NCBI GenBank assembly: GCA_973895155.1
Contig: OZ316893.1
Span: 9,363,839-9,427,838 of the forward strand
From: Marsupella aquatica
Lineage: Eukaryota; Plantae; Marchantiophyta
DNA length: 64,000 nucleotides
Direction: 5' to 3'
Below the pieces are notes generated by a model. That model was not told the DNA's origin. It saw only the letters and a program-made list of their open reading frames with translations, and did not search any database. Below, piece by piece: positions 38,854 through 51,648 of the stretch (position 1 is the first letter of the stretch; each line of letters begins with the position of its first letter). A program made the translations under genes and the position numbers.

Positions 38854-41730
38854 AAAACAAGGTCTTTCTCTTTAAGTGCACTTTTATATGATTGGAATTA
38901 TCAGCACGCATCTCGAGTGCCTCCTTGATCTTGTAATATTAGTTTTTCATTGCCAGTGCTATGCACAGTAATAATATCCCCCCAAACGTCTCACCTAGTC
39001 TGGAATGTCCCGTCCCCCACCCCCAAAGTTTGCTTGTGCCTCAAATATCATGGACAGTGGTCTAGAAACTTTACTCTAGCCTCCCTAGGCTCTTTGCCTT
39101 CCTAGATCCTGTATGTCTCATTATATATTACTTTTCATTTTCATTGCTCAGTAGGCAATTATAACATTTGTCCCCTAATGTCGCCCTCATCTCCAATGAT
39201 CCTACTTTGGGCTTAGGCATTCAGTATCCTTTGTACGGCCAAGGCTGTTGGTCATATGGCCTGGCCTCTAGCCAAATTCTTTGTCACGGTCAACCTATGT
39301 GATTTACCTCGGAGCTCTACCAGATATTTCAGTTTACCACTCAGGAGGGTTTTAGTTTGCAGTTGTGGGAAACTCTTTGTTGGGAACTCTAGGGTTTACT
39401 GGGCTCTTTGGGCTTGCTGGAGATTTCCCCTTGCTTTTGGTCCTTTGCTTACCCTAAACGTTGCAGCCCAGGTTGAAATTATATGGTTCCTCAACAAATT
39501 CTGCTGCCACTATTTTAGGCTGGTCAGTGCACAGACCCGGCATCTGCACAGAAAACAGGTCTACAATAATGCGTCAACCTCTCACAAACCATCCGTTGTC
39601 AATAAAAAGTTCAATGATATTGAGTTGACCTGGGGTGGGTGTTGGGGGACCCATCTCAACTCAAAATTTCCTTAGTTAAGTATGCTGGAAGTTGGGTTTC
39701 AATGAAGGCACTGGATTGATATTTTCTGTAATCTATAATTATAACTAATGGCAAGGAAACGCTAGAGTTGGGCTTTGGACTTCTAAAGTGGGGCCTCTAG
39801 ACTCAGACACTGGGGTCCCACCAAACTTTATGTGGATAGAAAGAAGGATGGGATATTATGTATGTCAAGATGATAATCATACATGATGATTGTAATCATA
39901 TTTCTACTTATATACAAAGAATGGGCATTCATTATCATGGTGAAACCAAAGCAAAAGGGACACAACTTGTCAAGCCTCCTAGCTTTTATATTTCCTGTAA
40001 TGATTGACCAAAGCAAAAGGGCCACAACTGGTGAAGGCTACTGGCTTTGATATTTTGTGAACAGTTTTTAAGTACCTTGTCACTAAAGATATTTCAATTT
40101 TTAATAATATCAATATTTTTTTGTATTTACAAATATGTCACAATGTTAGTATATAATTCCCCAAGTTACTTTGGTGAACTTGTCATCTATATTGAAAATT
40201 GTGGTATATTTGTATAATCTTTAGTATGTGGCAAAATAATTAAAAACTTATTTAAAAAATCATGGTATATTATACAACACAAAGTGAAATACATCTTTAG
40301 TGACAAAGTAATTAAAAGCTGATACTAACATGGTTTTTTTAGTATTCACAAATTTGTCAAGGTTTTGTATAAAGATGACAAATTTAATTAAATACTCAAA
40401 GGTGGACTATACCAAAAAAAGAAGGTGTACTATACAAAAATAATGACATATTTATAAATACAATAAGAACAGTGGCAAAATTACACATGACAACATCTTG
40501 ACAATGTGGGGGGGGGGGGGGGGGGGTATATGTGTGTGGGTGGAATGGGTTTTGTGGGTAGTGGATTGGAGTTCTAATTATCTGCTAGGCCCCTCGTTGT
40601 CCACTTTGTGGCCCTGATTTAATCCTCTCTCCTTCCTGGTGCGGTCCCTGTCGGATCCATTGGGGCTTACCCTGGTCTGGGTTCCCTACAGAAAAACTCA
40701 CATTGGGATGGGGGGAGTCCTAATTGTATTTCCTTCCCATTTCGGTTCAAGACAAAAATCTTGACAATCTACTTCTATAATATGCAATGCCGCCAAAAAG
40801 CTCTTTGGCCTGCTTACAAATTCAGAAATGGAGGGAACAAACCTGAGCCGTCAGATTTTTTCAAAGATTTTTTTGTACCCTTGGATTGATTGACTAGGTA
40901 TGTCAAATGATATGGTCATTTTAATAATAAAATACAAAGTATAGTAGACGATACTGATCTGACATCGTATATGAGAAGATACTTATGTGACATCATCTTA
41001 AATGTCTTTTTTTTTTCAAGTATGAAAGTACACACGAATGATAGGATAATCTTTTGGGGCATGAGAAATTTTGGATTTTTGCAGAGCCTATGAAACTCTA
41101 GTAGGAAGGAAAATGGGTTAATTTTCTCCTTCTTTTTCTTATCTGTATTTGGTTGTGCATTTTTTCTGTTTATTTAATGGTGCCAATGTAAGAAAAAAAG
41201 GGAGTACTGGTGTTGCATAGGAGTGTAAAAATAGGAAAAGGGGGAGAGAAACAAAAATATTCCTCTCCCAATAGTATCAAAGCACCCGGGGCCATTATCT
41301 CTCTTGCACTAGCTCTCACCCTCCCACATCTTTGCTCTCCCGAACAATATAGTTTTCACAACAAAACAACATCTACTTCCAAAATAAAATAAAATGCAAA
41401 AGCAAAGTCAACTGTTTTTTACATGTTTTGATTATATTTTTGTTTTATGTTTTATAGAAAATCGGTCCCAAATTTGTTATTCCATCTATATCTCCAACAT
41501 TCTCTTTGAAAATCTTTTCAAAAAATGCATCTTTTATGAAGACCAAGAAGATCAAGCTCCCAACATCTTTTCTCCACAAGACATGTATTGCTTGACATGC
41601 TCCCTCATCTCTATTAGTCTCGCTTTTGCCCTAATTCTTTCCCAAGTCTGGAGACTAGCTCTTTGCCCCCATTTGCATCTTTTTTTTGTCTTTTGTTCCA
41701 TCTTTTGTATCATTAACAATAAGGATTTCT

Positions 41731-43668
41731 TGTTGAGCATAGACTACATTCGTAACTGCAAGCCCATGAACCATCCAACGTACAAGAGTTGACACAGAGA
41801 GATACATTCACCTCCACATGAGGCTACGTCCACGGGAGCACACAAGAGCTTTACTGCACTCTAGGCCGACCGGCCATACCAAGCATTCATAGCACAAGCT
41901 CTCCCTATCTCTCAACTAGCTCCGTAACAATGAGCCTAAGTTCCACCAGGGTCTGGCATCAGCCCTGGCTATACTCACAACGACACTCCCGTTAACATTA
42001 GCTAAGTCTTAATCCGAGTTAGCCTAACTGTGGTTAGCTCATGAGTCACAAGACTAGAGCAATATCTAACAAACTCCCCCTTGACTCTTGTCTTGGGGAC
42101 TGGACTAATTGCTACCATATGGAATCCTCAGCGAGAAGTTCTAGACAATCACCTAAACAGGTCTCCCCCTAAAAACCACAAGGGTTAACTAAGGGTTAAC
42201 TAGAACTAAGCCGTAGCCAAACTGGAATGAGTAATCCATATACAAATAGTCACATATTGCTAAATAACTCTACTTGCACTATAACTGCAAAACCTACAAA
42301 GTAGCACGGTGTCTTGAGAAACTCTCCAAAGGAATCACCTTGGTAAAGGCATCAGCGGGATTGAGCTTTCCATCAATCTTGACTAGCTCAAAAATTTTAT
42401 CAGAGACTGCTTGCCTGATAAAATGGTACCTGATATCAATGTGCTTCACCCTGCTATCCATCACCTGGTTAGCAGCCAAGTGAAGAGCACTATGACTATC
42501 ACAGTTTAGAGTCATTTTGCCATGCTCTAAATCCATCTCCGCGATCAACTTGTCAACCAAATTGCTTCCTTTGCTGCTTGTGTTGCTGCAACATACTCTG
42601 CTTCTATAGTAGACTGAGATATACACTTTTGCAAGGTAGATTTTCAACTGATACATCCTCCTCCAAGAGTAAATACAAACCCAGTTGTAGACCTCCTTGT
42701 GTCCAGACAGCCTCCATAGTCAGAATCTACATAGCCAACTAACGTTCTATCTGATCTGTTATCAAACAGTAATTCATAGTCCTGTGTTCCCTTCAGATAC
42801 TTGAGAATCCATTTCACAGCTTCCCAATGTACCTTCCCTGGATTTGACATGAATCAGCTGACCTTGCCCATCGCTAGGGCTAAGTCAGGCCTAGTACAAG
42901 TCATCAAATACATCTGCCTCCTGCCTTCTCATAAGGAATCTTAGCCATCAGACCTTTTTCCACAACATCCGTAGGATAGAAAGCCGATGATAACTTGAAA
43001 TGTGAAGCTAAAGGAATACTCACTGGCTTACAATTTTCCATGTTGAATCGTGCAAGTACTTTCCTCGCACGCTGGCCTTGACTCAAGCACAACTGTCCAG
43101 TATAAGAGTTCCTAAAAATCCTCATCCCTAAGATCCTCTTGGCCTTACCAAGATCCTTCATCCTGACTTCAGAACTCAATTTTGCCTTGAGTTTGTCAAC
43201 CTCAGATTGATCTTTAGCCACAATCAGCATCTCATCCACATAGATAACCAGAATGATGAAACCAAATATACCATTCTTGACTAATTTCATATACACACAA
43301 GGATCATACACCATCCTTGTAAAACCTTGAGCAAGCATGAAATCATCAAATCGCTTGTTCCACTGTCTGGGAGATTGTTTCAATCCATACAAGGACTTGA
43401 GCAATCTGCAAACTAAGTTCTCTTGGCCCTTCTTCATAAAGCCTAGTGGCTGTCTCATGAAGATCATCTCTTCCAAGTTGCCATAGAGAAAAGCAGTAAC
43501 AACATCCATCTGATCCATCACCAGACCAAAAAATACAACAAGCTGACACAAGATCCGAATTGTGGAATACTTAGCCACCGGTGAAAAGACCTCATTGTAA
43601 TCCACTCCTTTCTCCTGAGTGAATCCCTTAGCAACAAGCTTTGCCTTGTAGATCTTATCTCCACCCCA
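41731..43668 (-). mobile_element. Ty1/copia 3' half (RT, RNaseH, PPT, 3' LTR 41731-42071)
   Basis: LTR TGTTG..TAACA, PPT (plus-strand ctccccctt) at about 42074; LTR resembles 26012-26356 in inverse orientation. Confidence 0.92.
42294..43668 (-). pseudogene. Copia reverse transcriptase and RNaseH, disrupted
   Basis: YKAKLVAKGFTQ, QMDVVTAFLYG, LLKSLYGLKQSPRQWN, IYVDEML, GYVDSDY, KHIDIRYHFIR, NPADAFTK. Confidence 0.92.
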
Positions 43669-45198
43669 CAACTACATTTTTGCATTTCGGGACCAGGTGT
43701 AACCTAACCCAAGAATACGTTTGTTCCATTAAAGTTGGACTATACGTTGTTAATCTCCGGACTGTTGTCAGATGTCGTCCGGAGATTCGACGGGATCAGA
43801 TAATGTTGAATGTCGTGACGTTAAGTTTACGTCCTTTAAGACACGATAAGTTACCTCGTATCATACGTTGTACCTCTCATTACGTCTTCCTAGACGAGGT
43901 AACTTACCTGTTTCCTAAAGACATAAATTAGAACGATGTATAGGACGACATCCATAATTTTAGGCATTTGGAACGACGTATCTGCAGATACATTGTCATA
44001 GAATACCATGCGTACATTGGGAAAAACGAAGTTAATTCCACATATCAGCATTGGACAGACTCAACTATAGGCGGGAGGTTCACTATAGCCAGCATTCCCG
44101 AGTGAAGACATCAAAGGTCCTCAGTGTAGAGAAGTTGAACCGTGGGAGGCAAAGTGTTTAGCTATGGTGCGGAAGTTCTTTGCAAATGTGCATTGTTGTT
44201 TCCTCCCACTTGGTGAGGAGGAGAAGATGGTTCAAGGGTTCTTTTACCGTGGAGGGCTTGTTGACAAGCTATGTACCTCACAGACCGATTTCTTGATTGC
44301 AAATACGTGGAAACAGGTTGTGGAGCACTTCAGTGACTATGTTGGCTTGATCGAGCATTTTGCTGAAACCTTGCATTTCATCTCTACTCGGTGGGTAGAG
44401 TGCTCCATTCTTGCCAACAAGCAGCTGGACCCAGGAGAGTTCTTGTTGCATCCGAGCAGTGATCGTGGTCTGGAAGATTCGCCCGAGGATGATGATGGTG
44501 AGGCCTACCCTCCCACCTTGTCTAAATGTGAGTTGTCACCCACTGGACTTCAGATTGCTATGTTTGATTACAAGGAAAGTTGTGCAGCCGAGGTGGAGGC
44601 TCAAAGGCTACAGGCCGGTGAAGCTATTGGCCGAAAGAATTGGAATGCCAGCCAAAGGCGTGCTTCGTACAACAAGAGGAAAGCGGACGAGGAGTACTAC
44701 TGGTTTGGAGAAGGGACTCCTTAATCAACATCAGTCTGGAGGGAGGTTGTAGAGGGATGACCATGACTCATGTAGGCTACATTTGCAGTAGAAAGGATGG
44801 TAGAGCTATAGTGTATCTCTATTTGGTCTATTGCAACAATAAACACATCCATGAATGTTATTTGTCGCAAAAATTGTGTGGTTTGAATGTTGTATCTTTT
44901 TCCTGTGATTAACATCGAAAATCATTTGTTACGTTGAATGAAACGTCGTATGTAAATTACTAACGTCGTTATACTCGTGGTAATATAATTTTGTCGCTAC
45001 ATACATCGTTAAGTACGTCATTTTTACCTTGTTACGAAGTAGAGGACGACGTTAAAGAGAGTTATAACATCAGATAATGGTTTGGTACACGACGTTGAAT
45101 CGTGTTACGTCGAGGAGGCTTAGCTATAAACGACGTAGAAAATTGTGCATCGACGTAAAATTCCAAGGATGACGTTAATGACAAGTATCCCTTGTAGC
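43669..45198. mobile_element. Small CACTA-like non-autonomous unit carrying a BRCT ORF
   Basis: Dense acgac/gtcgt/cgacgt motifs at 43740-44030 and 44920-45180; degenerate ends caactaca and cccttgtagc. Confidence 0.45.
44164..44724 (+). CDS. Single-BRCT-domain protein, 186 aa
   Basis: Intact ATG ORF; RGGLV..TDFLIA..FISTRWVECSILANKQLDPGEFLL fits the BRCT GG / THxI / WxxxS pattern. Confidence 0.65.
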   Translation: MVRKFFANVHCCFLPLGEEEKMVQGFFYRGGLVDKLCTSQTDFLIANTWKQVVEHFSDYVGLIEHFAETLHFISTRWVECSILANKQLDPGEFLLHPSSDRGLEDSPEDDDGEAYPPTLSKCELSPTGLQIAMFDYKESCAAEVEAQRLQAGEAIGRKNWNASQRRASYNKRKADEEYYWFGEGTP

Positions 45199-46179
45199 AG
45201 AAGGCCGAGGGATCATGTGCATAAATGTATGGTTGTTACTTGTTTCTTTACCAAGTTATTAACACAAGCCCATCCCACTCTCCAAATACATAGATGCCTA
45301 GGCCATGAAATATGTGTGTTTATATGCAAGGAGTGACAATAGTCAATACAAATGGTGATAGTGAGTCTATCATGTCAATCCTCATCGTCTGCAAGAGCTG
45401 ATGGCATGAAGCCCTTCCTACGGCGTGGGAAGATGGGAATCACAATGGACCATCCTCCCATGGTCTGCATCGGAACCATAATGCATTGATCCACTTGGCT
45501 AGGAAAAACTATAGTCTCACTAAACTCAGTCCCGCTTGGTGCAACACGGGTCGTGTCCACACGATAAAATCCACACTCATCCTTCACCATGGTAGCTCTT
45601 GCTGGAGGTGACATGATGGACTTGTGCCACCTCACCTCTAGCACCGTGGTGGTAAACGAGCCAAAATTAACATCCAAAATATCCAAGACTATGCCACAAT
45701 AAGGAACCTCAACATCACCTATATCGGTCACCATATATACTCCAGAGTTACAAGTACTCTTCTTCATATGGTCCGTCCTCCAAGTCCGAAAATGGTGCCC
45801 TGACTCATACATGTGAGTATGAGTCATAGCCCACATCGAAGGCCCCCTAATGATGTTCTGTACATCAATGGGAATGATTGTAGGGCCATGCATTGCCAAG
45901 AGCCCCTCCATGCGCTCCAAGGCCCATATGCGAAATGATGCATGAACACGCTCTCGTGCTGCCCCTATCCGCTGCTGCTCCACCCATGCCCTGCAATTAC
46001 TGGGTCACATATACATTAGTGACCACCCTAAACCCTAAACCTTGAATGTACATTTTAAATCTAAGTAGGACTCAACATGAAGGATTATGTCCCTACCTAT
46101 ACAACTCTCTCCAATCTGACATCTCCGTGCAGTTCTCCAACACATAATTGTGGATCTGTCGGCAAAAAATGTCATCATG

Positions 46180-49100
46180 TGTTGCGCCGCTAACCTGGGC
46201 CTTAAATCCAGTTTAGTGCCATGGTGCGACCTCGACCACCAGTAAGGGTGAGGGTTCGGGCAAGGAGGTGTGTAGTGACCTCAATTAGCCCTAAGTCGGG
46301 CTAAGTCGATATACTTACTGGTATAACACCTGCGTAATTCGTACTAGTCATAGGTATATTTGTTTTCCACCGCTGGAATATTCCCTCAGTTAGTGACTCG
46401 GACTAACTCCCGGCTTGGGGCCTTTCAAGCCATCGACACGACAGGACCTTGTGACATACAATGAGTGGCAATCCCTACCATTAGTCCGCACCTGGTACGT
46501 CCCTTAAAATGGCGCCTTTGCCTAGACAAAGCATACACACAACACCAGTTACTTGCGGAAACATTAGGGGGAAAAGACTACATTTACTCAACGAAGCATC
46601 AGTTTACATGGTTGACTCGACTTCAAAGGGGGTCAGCAAGCCCAACGGTAGTCAATGCCCAGTCTCTATGAGGCCCTGCCTCGCACTTGCCCAACAAGCT
46701 CGACTCTGGCTCTCACTCCTTGGTGCGCTCTGACCCTGCTCAGGCCGAGACTCCCCATGCCTCACCTTTCTTCTGCTGAGATAACTAAGCCTTCTCCCCC
46801 CTCCATAGCGGAAGGGGAAGCCTAAATACTACAATCGCGGAGGAGAGCCGGAGGATACTGCCTTCCGGGATAATACCTACTGACTAACTACCTACTGACT
46901 ACTGGCCGCACCGCACTGACTGGTTGTCCGTCGACGACAAGGTGCCGACCGGGATGGCAGCGGCCAAGCCTACTGACAAACTCTAGTCCGTTGATGGACT
47001 CCATCCTACGTTGGCTGATCCTAACTGATCCGGCCCTAATTCTTCTTACTGCCGCTAATCGGCGCCTAATGACAGTCATTCTGTCGTTACGCCTAACCAA
47101 AAGATGTCGCTGTCTTAACTGCCTCGTGCGGCGCCTGCTTCCACCCTTCGCTAACCACCCCTTACGTGTGTGCAGTGGTTGGACCAGGGCTGGTCCCCTT
47201 GTCGGGACGAGACCTCGAGCCGCCTTGATCAGAGGTGGGCCCAGGTTTTCCCCGCTGGAGGACGAGCAGGGTAATGCGGTCTTGCAAGGCCCTGTTGTCC
47301 CGTACCGCCTCCTCCGCCTCATTTGCAGCTTCATCGGCCTCAGTCTGGAGCCGTGCTACCTCTAGATTGAGCTGGTCGATGGAGTTGCGATGGATCTGGT
47401 CCTGCGCTAGCAATTTATCTCGTTCGGCGGAGAGACTAGCCACCTGCTGTGCTGCCTACAGGAATTGTTTGTTGAGGTCGGTCAGGCTGGTAACCCGAGC
47501 CAAAGATTCTGAGCGTAATTGAAGCACGGTGTCGTCCAGCTTCTTGAGTTCGGCCTGCGCTCCGCTTAACTCCTGGTTTAGTCCGTCCCTCTGTTCGACG
47601 GTGTGAACTAACTCCTCGCGGCGGGTTGTTGTCTCCTCCTCGAGGTGCTCTACCAGCATCTGGAGGCGCCCGATCTCATTCCCCTTCGCCATGAGTTCTT
47701 CTTCCAAGCGGCTTACGATCCATGGTTGGTGCTCTAACATGAAGAAGGCTGGTTGAAAGTACGTCGAGACTTGTTGTCCGATGTATGTTGCCAGCTCCCC
47801 AGACATAGTCTGGCTAAACTTCTGGACCAGGTCGTAGGCCATGGTCCCCGGGGCTACTTGGTAGTCCTCCATCCTCTCGGGTACCGGTGGCTCCTCGGGT
47901 GGAGCAACGATCTCCTCTGTAGTCAGCGCTGGGGAGGGGAAGATATCTTTAGGTGGTGGAGGGATTGGGGGTGGTTGTACTGCGGGTAGTGGAGGCTCAA
48001 CGGAAGGGGGCGGCGGAATTTCCACAAGAGGAGGTGGCAGAGTATTAGTCGGGGCTTCCGGCTCGGGGTTTGCCCGAGGGACGGTAGTCCGCGTGCTCGG
48101 GGTTGCCTCCTTCGGGGCGAGGGTGACATTAGTCGGGGCTGAGGTGGCCATATTCTCTGGCCTCCCGCCGTGCCTTGTACCAGGCGAGGATAATGGCGAT
48201 ATGACTTCCCAAGTAAGTCTTCCCCCCAATAGCCATACCACCGTGAGCCCGCTTCAGCTCCCCCGAGAATCTTCGGTAGAAGAATTGGGCCCAGTTTCGT
48301 CGTTTGTACTGTTCCACCTGCACGATCGTGCAGAGGGAAATCTCGGATCGTGGCTCAATCATGTGTAGGGTAGTCCGTATGAAGTTAAGCCGCTCCATAC
48401 AGGTTAAGTTGGTGCACGCCCCCTGCTTGTATCCGTTGTCCGTCTTACCCTCGGGTTTGAAGTGCCGCGGCGTATACTCCTTATCCCGAATTCGGATTTC
48501 CACCGGCACCGGCCCGGTTGGTAGGCAGAAGATTTGCGTTAACCGATGCTCCGTGAGTGATAAGGCCTGCCCCGAAACCTTGGTGGTCGACGCGTCAGTG
48601 TCGAAATTGGAGATGAACTCACAAATTTCCTTCGGCCCGGCGGCGCACGGCCTCTAAAGCAAGTGAGCAAACTGCTCCAACTGATGCTCCTTTAGATAGT
48701 CCGCATGTTCGAGTTTCTTGATCGCGATCCAGACTACTTCGGGGACGCGGATTACCTGTAATAAGTTGGACTTCGGGTTATCCGGGGGCCGTCGGGTCTG
48801 GTTGGTCGGGGGGTTTACCGGGGCAGGTGCAGGCGCGGCGTTGGTCCGCGTTGTTGATTCGGGGGCCATCGTAGTCCTTGGCCGCTTACGAGGATGTTGT
48901 TCGAGTTGTGGACTAGCTCGCTCGGAACCCGAAGAACACTCTGTGTTGATTACTGGACGGACTTGGGACCGGTTCGGCGGTACACCGGTGGTCATCGGCT
49001 GAGGCACTGGTGGTATCGGGGTAGCCATATCCCAGTTGAAGGCGTTGGAGCTTTCCCCGAGGAATGTAAGATTACGCGCCACTTCCCATTGTTTGCTGAT

Positions 49101-50025
49101 GTCTTCTTGGCGCTTTTCGGCTGTGATCTGCTGGTCTAGGTACCCTGGAATCTTGTCGAACTCCGCTTGAGTAAGCCGTTGGCTGCCCTTCAGCTTAAAG
49201 AACTTTGCTGGGACCTCAAGAATCGCCTCTGCTACCGATCTAAGCCCTTCCTCGCTGAGATATAGTTCGGTGATGTAGTCTCGCAGCTTGTTGTAGCTGG
49301 AATCCCTGGTGATGGCTGTCCTTTCGCAATTAACCAGTGCTACCTTGGTCACCAGCTTCGCGTATCTTCGTTCGTAAGCGGCTTTCTTGGGACAAGAGTA
49401 CCAGTAAGTCTCGGAGAACTTAGCACCTACCTCGCCAAACAAGGTCCAGAATCCCAAGGCTGTAAGGGTCATACTAACCTCGTAGTCCGGTTTGTTGAGT
49501 CCACGTTCCCACCCGGCTGGTCCTCTTTCTCGTGGAGGCCTCGCTCGTCCTGACTAAATCTCGCCATATTCCGCTCCTCTCCCTCGATAATCTCCTTGTA
49601 AAGGTCGACTTGATTCGATCAGAAGGGCGAGTGGGTGGCAACGTCCGTGAATTCAAAAAAAGGTAGACATGAGCAAATGGCCCGCAGCACCATCGGCTCC
49701 TCTCTTATGGAGGTGCCAGGATGAGCCCGAGCGTGAGAAGGCCAGGCCGTTTGGTCATTGATAACGAGCTGAAGTCGGCGCCTCGGTCCAAGCGTGATTC
49801 CTCCAACTGATTTTTACTCCGCTGCCGCCACCGTACCTCTGTCGTGCGTAATAATCCTCTTCCTGAACTCGTAATTATTCGGTCATTTTAACCTACTCCT
49901 AATCTATTCATAATGGCAACAGACGGCTACACGTGCTATTCTACGCTATGGCTACGGTCCTAGTGCCCGTATAAGGCCTAATCTACGACCTGGATTCCGT
50001 TAAGTGACACGTTACCCGTGTCACA
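46180..50025. mobile_element. 3846-bp solo-LTR-like insertion with TGT..ACA ends and 5-bp TSD TCATG
   Basis: tcatg at 46175-46179 and 50026-50030; removing the insert restores the transposase frame KKRSLH-DDIFCRQ. Confidence 0.85.
47162..49472 (-). pseudogene. Degenerate accessory ORF resembling gypsy extra ORFs (plant-transposon domain, Pro-rich linker, coiled coil)
   Basis: ORFs 48654-49472 and 48129-48509 share a frame across a TAG; 47456-48241 and 47162-47443 likewise; one frameshift between; motifs ICEFISNF, NWAQFFY. Confidence 0.55.
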
Positions 50026-51648
50026 TCATGTAATGATCTCTTCTTTGACGCGCCCATCACTTGCAACCCACCGTTGTCATCATCTTGTGCCTCTTCCCAA
50101 GCTGTGGGAGCTTGTGTGTCCAAACTCCCTATCACCCCGCTTGAGTAGAATAGGCACTCCGACATGATATACCCTATTGCCATACTTCCCTCTGGTCGAG
50201 CGGGTTGGTGCACCCAAGACTTTAGCACTTTCATGAACCGCTCTACCCAATACATCCACCGCGCATGCATTGGACCAGCAATGGCTACCTCGTCCACCAA
50301 ATGACATAGCAAATGCAACTGCATGTCAAAAATACATGGGGGAAACACCTTCTCCATATTGCACATAACACGGGCAGAATGTTCCCTCATCTCGGGAATC
50401 TCACTCTCCTTTATTTCCTTGGCGCATACCCACCTGTATGGGGTACTCAAAATTTTGTCAAATTATTAGTATGATAAACATATGCAATGATCATAGCATA
50501 AATATATGCCAACAAGACTATGCTCACCTGAAAATGGAGCACAACTCATACACTGTATGTCAGAGTAGGCGTCGCTGTCTAGAATCATCGCAACAACGCA
50601 AGACAGCAGGTAACACATGCTGAATCAACTTGTGATAATTATGAGACTTCAAGCCTATTGGGGGTATGTGGTCATCCCTTGTAGTGCACCCACGGAAGCC
50701 GACTCCGTAATGGCTAGGGAACTTCATTTCACATATCATCCCGTTCATCTCCTTCAATATCTGTCTTGGCAAAACCCAAGGAGCAGGTGGCTTCACTAGA
50801 AGAATCCGAGGTAAACTGAGACCGCAATATGTGACTCATTTTGGCTCATGTGACTTCATTGTGACTCAACGTGACTTGACCCACGCTGTGACCCTTGGAG
50901 TTGCAAAAGTTGAGACCAAAAAATGGAAGTCACTATTGATACTGGGCTTTGCAACTTGTTTGATACCCATTTGTGACTGATCTGTGACTTTATTGTGGAG
51001 TCTAGCCTTGTTTCTACGTGACTGCAATATGACTTCAGCGAGTCACATCGTAAGTCACAAACATGACTTACCCACATTCAACAACGACTAGCGTGTGACC
51101 ATTTAGTGTCACAGGAGAGACCAATGGAGACCCTAGCCCGCGTCACACAACAGAACCATTTGGGACTCTATATACTCATGTTTATAACTAATAAGGTTCA
51201 CATGCAAGTTATAACCATGACTAATGAACACAGAGGGACAGTTCATAAGGAGAGAGAGCACTCCACATTACAATACATAGAAACCTGATGTTCTAACTTT
51301 AGAAATATAACACATTGAATACAAGAAATGAACATAGCATGAATGACATCCACATGAAACAAAGCATCATATAAGCAGATCCTACATAAAACATTCATAA
51401 GAATTAAACACAATCACAATCTTGCTAAAAAATGAAGATCATTTGAATTCCAATGGAATAGTTTACAATGTGATCAATGTAATTCAGACAAAACAGGAAC
51501 TCATAATTGATGACTGCAGGATGAGATAACTGAAAGCACATGCATGATACTATGAATCTCCAAGAGGACATGATTCTTGTACTACTTCTTGACATCTAAA
51601 ATCTACATAACATGACTCACACTACAAACAAATAATGGCATGACATTG

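Larger units (their letters stand above)
45375..50793 (-). pseudogene. CACTA-A transposase 3' part (DUF4218 + DUF4216), interrupted by two insertions
   Basis: GLKSHNYHKLIQHVLP, EKVFPPCIFDMQLHLLCHL, WMYWVERFMKVLK, PEGSMAIGY; resumes at 46179 (DDIFCRQIHNYVLEN) and 45375-45990 (YCGIVLDIL, DECGFYRVD, FPSQVDQC). Confidence 0.88.

Noticed and set aside
40508-40526. Poly-G run as a functional G-quadruplex
   Set aside because: Simple homopolymer of unreliable length with no supporting context
26012-43668. One copia element split by an inversion
   Set aside because: TSDs do not match and U3 regions differ
46026-46041. ccctaaa telomere-like repeats (also about 37229 and 63074)
   Set aside because: Only 1-2 units each; common telo-box-like motifs, not a telomeric array
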